This document shows, one piece after another, positions 58,650 to 64,000 of a stretch of 64,000 nt of DNA. A model generated the notes under the pieces. The model made no database searches and was not told the DNA's origin. It saw only the letters and a list, made by a program, of their open reading frames with translations. Source of the DNA: Octopus sinensis (lineage: Eukaryota); assembly GCF_006345805.1 (NCBI RefSeq), contig NC_043000.1, positions 87,482,001-87,546,000 on the forward strand, given 5' to 3'. A program made the translations under genes and the position numbers. Each line of letters starts with the position of its first letter. Positions within the stretch are counted from its first letter, which is position 1.

Positions 58650-59095
58650 GCGTGGAGTGGATTGAAAGCGTTTGAAGAAGCCAGAATAACGTATGCAAGA
58701 ATCAAGAGAAATTTAAAGAAGAATGTTACAATCGAGAAAGTGAATCCCAATGACCTGTTTGTGTGCACAGTTTGTGACAGACCATGCCTTTCTTTTGCTG
58801 GGCTCAGATCTCTTTTGCGAACCCATGGAAAACGAACTTCCACCAACTATTCTGCCTAAATGTCTGTGCACACCCCTCAATGCAATGTGTGCCAGAAGGT
58901 CTGTAAATCTAACGGAGACCTCAAAAGACATTTTAAGATCCACAAAGATCAGAACTTAACTGCAGCTCTTGGTGGTCCAAATCGGATATGCAATCTATGT
59001 GAGTGTCTTTTCAAAATACCGTGCGGTTTAAAAAGCCACACCAGCTGGTTCTAAGGTGTAGGTACTGGAGGTGGTAAAACTCTGCATAAGGAGTA
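58650..59095 (+). mobile_element. RTE-like LINE 3' fragment with three C2H2-like zinc fingers
   Basis: GLKAFEEARI..CTVCDRPCLSFAGLRSLLRTH; PQCNVCQKVCKSNGDLKRHFKIH; ICNLCECLFKIPCGLKSH. Confidence 0.6.
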
Positions 59096-59234
59096 GAGAA
59101 CCACCATATGTATATATGTGTGTGCGTGTGTGTGTTTGTGTCTGTGTGTGTATGTGTACCTACGTGTATGTATAACCGAGCAGAAATATAAAAGCTTAGA
59201 TAGCTGTCTGTATTTGCACTTTTAAAACAGGCAT

Positions 59235-59395
59235 ATAAGTTTTTCATATTTTGGCACAAGACCAGTAATTTTAAGGGGAAGAGAGTTAATGGAATATAGC
59301 GATTCTTGTATTTGACTGGTACCATATTTTATCTATCTTGAATGCAATGGAAGGCACAGTTGGCCTCCGAACATAAAGAGCCAGAAGACATAAGG
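59235..59395 (-). mobile_element. SINE S1, degenerate
   Basis: TTTTGGCACAAGACCAGTAATTTT..GACTGGTACCATATTT..GAAGGCACAGTTGGCCTC. Confidence 0.55.
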
Positions 59396-59404
59396 GAAAG
59401 TAAA

Positions 59405-60620
59405 TTATAAGGGTTACACCGAAAGTAATGCAAAATCAGGCATAACTCTCTTATTAATTCACATAAGTGATCCAAATTTTACATATTGGTGGAATAACTC
59501 TTTACGGATTTTACGGATTCCATGGACAGCGAGGCTCACCAATGGAAAGGTTCTTAACCAGATCAACCGAAACTGTCGCTAGAAGCTAGGATCACCAAGC
59601 ATAGATTGGCATATTTTGGTCATATTATGCGGAGAAAATCCCTGGAGAAGGACATCATGCTCGGAATGGTCAGTGGCAAGGGAGGAAGAGGCCGACCAAG
59701 AACCCGCTGGCTTGACACCATCAAGAATGACACGGGAATGGCCATAGACAATCTGAAAGAAGCAACCCAGGATAGAACTGGCTGGAGAACACTGATCCAT
59801 CGAGTAACCGAGAGTCGACTTCGACTGAACGGATAGATAGATAGAATAACTCTTCTACACAAAATTACTATTCAACATAGTCTCCATCAACAAGCGATGC
59901 ATTTGCACTATCGTTAATCTAACTCCCAAATCCTTTTTGAAAATATTCAGGTGTGCTCTGTTGTGTCCATTTCTTCACAGCTACTTTCACCTCGCCGTTT
60001 TATCTAATCGTTGTCCATGATTATTCTTCTTTATTGAGTAGAAGTGGAAGTTTACAGGTACCAGATCCGGTTTGCACAGCGAATGGAAAACCCAGTTTGT
60101 TTATTATCATATTACTTGCCATATATGCATGAGATTACTCTTTGGCATGGTGAATAGGATCGTTTTCAGATCCTTCTATTGTACCTTCCTCCTAATGGCT
60201 TCCCTAAATTTTTTCAGTATCTCACTGAACCGGTCGCTGCTCACGACAGAGCTACTTTCCAGAAAATCAAAGTGAATGACGCCGTTGTCATCACAAAACA
60301 TCTACTTTGACTTTCAATGCCGATCGCTGGGTTTTGACCATCTCATAATTTGAGGGTAGGTGTGACGCGATTAGATAGACTGAGTTTACGTTTCCGGATC
60401 ATGTTTTGTCTTCTGTCCCAAGATAGACAAAGCCTATCCCAATAAGGGATTCAAATGCTTCCTGTAGATCTGAGCAGATTTCTAACCTTCTCTCTTTCAG
60501 ATTGGGTGTCAACGGCAGAGATAGCAACTTTGCACACAAGGTCATCCACCATGTTCTGGAATGCATTGTAGCCATATGAGCACAGGTTCTGCAATTTCCA
60601 GGAGTACGTAAAGGCTCAGT
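59405..60620 (-). mobile_element. Degenerate mariner transposon (interrupted by an RTE insertion)
   Basis: Minus strand: GVIHFDFLE..SEILKKFREAIRRK, EVKVAVKKW..EYFQKG..DGDYVE*; TIR-like TA-TAAGGGTTACACCGAAAGTAATGC at 59405. Confidence 0.7.
59503..59843 (+). mobile_element. RTE (BovB-like) LINE, 5'-truncated, with 11-bp TSD
   Basis: IPWTAR..LAYFGHIMRR..SLEKDIMLGMVSGK..RGRPRTRWLD..DRTGWR..RLNG*; (GATA)n tail; TSD GAATAACTCTT at 59492-59502 and 59844-59854. Confidence 0.9.
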
Positions 60621-60749
60621 AAATTATATTGAGCCCAGTACTTGTTTAGTATGTCATTGCATCGATCCTGAAATGAACAGAGAACGATTGTAAAGCGCTA
60701 GATCAATTAGTACAAGGCGTATTTTTCGACGCTCTAACGATCGTGTTTG

Positions 60750-60950
60750 TCTGCTGACAGAATCGTTAGCACGCCGGGCAAAATACTGAGCAACATTTCG
60801 TCCGTTTTTACGTTCTGAGTTCAAATTTTGCGGAGGTCGACTTTGCCTTTCATCCTTTCGGAGTCGATAGAATAAGTACCAAATGAGCACTGGAGTCTAT
60901 GTAATTGACCTGCCTCCGAAATTGCTGGCCTTATGCCACAATTTGAAGTC
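60750..60950 (+). mobile_element. SINE S1
   Basis: GCTGACAGAATCGTTAGCACG..GAGTTCAAATT..GTCGACTTTGCCTTTCATCCTTTCGGAGTCGATAGAATAAGTACC. Confidence 0.85.
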
Positions 60951-61407
60951 AGTAAATGTCTTTGATTCACAAAGTTAAAAATATATTCTTTTGTACTTAT
61001 CAAGTGTCCCCCAAAGTCTTTATATTACTTTTAACTTCTATACTAACAGATTTTTCAACACAGTTTCTGAGTTTCATTGAGTAACTAAATATTTTGTACT
61101 TGAATCTGTATTTATTTAATTTTTGTATCAGTAGGAAATGGTGGTTATTTGAAACTACGATCACTGTTGTAACTAGTAGATGCGTTCCCTTACCACTTAG
61201 ACAACAATTTGAAATAAAAACAACGATGCCAATACCCTTGATAAAAAATATACACAAAGTAGAAAAATTTATACTAAAAGATCTTTTCTTAGCAAAAAAA
61301 AGAAGAAAGTAAAAATTAACATTTTTATTCGGTAATCCGGGGAAAAATTACTTTCTCAGTATGTGTTCTGTGAAATATTTTCTTTTCGCATGACAATTCT
61401 AGTATCA

Positions 61408-61457
<50 letters not shown>

Positions 61458-61555
61458 GGATATTAGTATACTCTTCACAAACGTAACTATACGATTAAAA
61501 AAGATAATATATATATATATATATACATATACACACACACGCACACCACACACAC

Positions 61556-61603
<48 letters not shown>

Positions 61604-62149
61604 AACACAGACATTATTTATTGAACAATATTTCAATAGTACATCTGTTTTCTTCAAGTTGAAAATAAAATGAGAATAATGGACAATGAAAATCACACGA
61701 AGAACATAAGTCTATTTACAAGTATCGCTTGTTTGTAACTGGTTAAAACAAGAAAGGCAAAGATAAGTGCGAGAAATACTAGTCAAAGAGATTTGTATAA
61801 ATCCGATGGAACTATCCTGTCATTTTGTTCCTACTCCAGGGTTAGACATTAGTAACTTTTAAATATATTTGTTTTTGTGTGGTTTGAGGAGTGAAAGTTC
61901 AGTGGAGTCAGAATATTTTTTGAGAACGTGTACTTAAATGTGATTGTCGCAGTTATGGCCATTTGTATTAAGATGCTCGGAAAGTTTCGTTGAAGTAGTA
62001 TGGTGCCTTTGATCTATTTTTTCCGTTGCTCAACCGACATAAGTCACGTCGTGTTGCGTGTATTCAGCTGCTTACACAATGAACAAGGCTTTCTGAAATA
62101 AATCTCAAATGACACAGTTAAAAGTCACGAACATAAGACATTAAATAGT

Positions 62150-62385
62150 AACGGTGAGCTGACAGAATCGTTAGCACGCAGGGCAAAATGCTCAGCGACT
62201 TTTCTCCTCCCGCCTTTACGTTCTGAGTTCAAATTCTGCTGAATAAAACTTTGGCTTGCTTTCTTTCTTTCTTTCTTTCTTTCTTTCGTGGTACATAAAT
62301 ATATGCCAGTTGATCACTTGAGGTGATGTAATCGATTATCTCTCTCCCCGAAATTGTTGGTTATGTGCCAAAACTTGAAACCAGT
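62150..62385 (+). mobile_element. SINE S1 with (TTTC)n replacing part of the core
   Basis: GGTGAGCTGACAGAATCGTTAGCACG..GAGTTCAAATTC; 3' end GCCAAAACTTGAAACC. Confidence 0.8.
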
Positions 62386-64000
62386 ATTAACTAGCAACTT
62401 TAATCGTTAGTACACTGGAGCTTATGAACGTCGTCTCTCCTAAAACCTGTGGCAAAAATAGCTAAGCTTTGTTCAATGTGCAACAAAATAAGATACGTCC
62501 TGGAAAAGAACAGAAGAGATTAATTAGTGTTGAAGAGCTTAGAACTTTGTAAAAAGAGTTACACGACATATTAATATCAAAGAGGCAATTGATTTGTCTC
62601 TTCGAGTGTACTTAAAAATACAAAAAGCAACTAATGAGATTTTGGGCATAACTGAGGAGCCGTAAAATTCTATTGTATTATTGACTTATCTTGTCTAATG
62701 TTTATTTTATGGTATTCATCTCTTGCTCAACTAATGCTCTTCGCAGCTCCTTCCTCGATGTAGACAGTGATGTTTAATTAAGTTACGGGAAATTTATGGC
62801 CATTATTGTATTTTGACCTTCATTAAAGTACGATTATACTTCCTTGTATAAGGATATGTCTGAATCTAAAAAAAAACATTAAGTTCAATATCAGTATGGT
62901 CAAAATTCCTTCTAAAGCCAGAAGGCAGACTATAAATATCTCTACCTCGTGATACTTTTTAATCGTATCTTCTCATTTTAAAGTTGCAAGCATAAAAAAT
63001 TACGTCTAAATTTGTCGGAAGTGAGAAAATTAACACTTCCACTTGAGTGTCTATTGCACGTTATGTTACGAAATCTAATTTATTTGGTTCTCTAATAAAA
63101 TTTTACACTGCAGAGTGCAAAATTAAATGGTTTTGCTAACTTCGTAGTCTCAAAATAAATAAATAAATCTAAGAAAAATAACTTATGTTTGTGTTTGAAA
63201 ATGTGTTGACATCACTAACCTCCATAGCACCAACACAGAATCTATACATCGCTATTTGACTTAAAGTGCGAAATAAAGAAATTTTAAAAAATGACGTACA
63301 CTAACGCAAAGAAATGAATTTCAGTATTTTGGATTGAAAAGAATCATCATAATTCAAAAGCTGTTAATGTAATCTGAAAATTTTAAGACCAACCTATAAT
63401 CTTCATTTCTAAGAATAATCTTTATTTCTAAGAATAATTCAAAGTGAAGCCTATATTAAATTGTTGCTTGGCATAACCTATGTACAACAAACAGGTTACC
63501 ATAGTTTAATGAAATGTATGTGATGATGATAATGCTGGCAGTGATGCTGATAGTAGTTGTTAGAACTGTTCTAGATATGCAGACAATGAACAGAATAAAT
63601 ATATAGTTTCACTGAAGAATGTAATTGCTAAGTTTCTGTAAAACGGACATGAAATCTGGTCTATAGAAGCGCCTGAAAGAAATATGTGACTTCCAAGTGA
63701 AATAAAACAAAGAATAAACGTCTAACCTGTTCCGGCTAGTCTGAAGACAAATGAAGATAATGAAAAATGGTCAAGAAAAGGAAGTGTGTGAAAGTGATGT
63801 GGGAGGAAGAAAAGTTGGATAGATAAAGGTGCAACATTGACAGTCATTGATATGGAGTTGGATTCAAGGTTCTGAAAGAGATGGTACTTTATAGAAAACG
63901 TATCTATTGTAATGAGACGAAATAATGCTATAACAATTAAAATGGTGTTAAGAGTAGGCAGACTTAGCAATCGTAATATGAAAATGACGCAGTCAGCTTG

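Noticed and set aside
63722-63970. Minus-strand ORF resembling a signal peptide
   Set aside because: No ATG start. The plus strand shows traces of RT motifs (QGS, IVM.E, AD.LAI), so it is probably antisense to a decayed LINE.

Overview
AT-rich eukaryotic DNA made almost entirely of mobile elements and microsatellites; no host gene can be supported. The repeat repertoire resembles an octopus/cephalopod genome, which is my recollection and not verified. Contents: (1) about 20 copies or fragments of several families of R4/Dong-type non-LTR retrotransposons (RT plus restriction-like endonuclease). Nearly all sit in (AAT)n tracts with the AAT strand as sense, including one ~4-kb near full-length copy within a head-to-tail train (16411-23633). 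(2) Six copies of an unidentified ~551-nt non-coding element ('X') with the same (AAT)n targeting and polarity and no clear Pol III head. (3) A Neptune-like Penelope element (RT + GIY-YIG) with direct pseudo-LTRs, each carrying a variant minimal hammerhead ribozyme, nested in the (TA)n tract of a SINE. Two further hammerhead-bearing short elements lie beside (TA)n. (4) Three tRNA-headed SINE families, plus relics of Tc1/mariner, Tx1/L1-like, RTE and CR1/L2-like elements. Most short ORFs in the supplied track are microsatellite or antisense artefacts. The main candidate system is a pair of microsatellite niches: (AAT)n used by Dong LINEs and element X and apparently seeded by SINE tails, and (TA)n used by Penelope/hammerhead elements.
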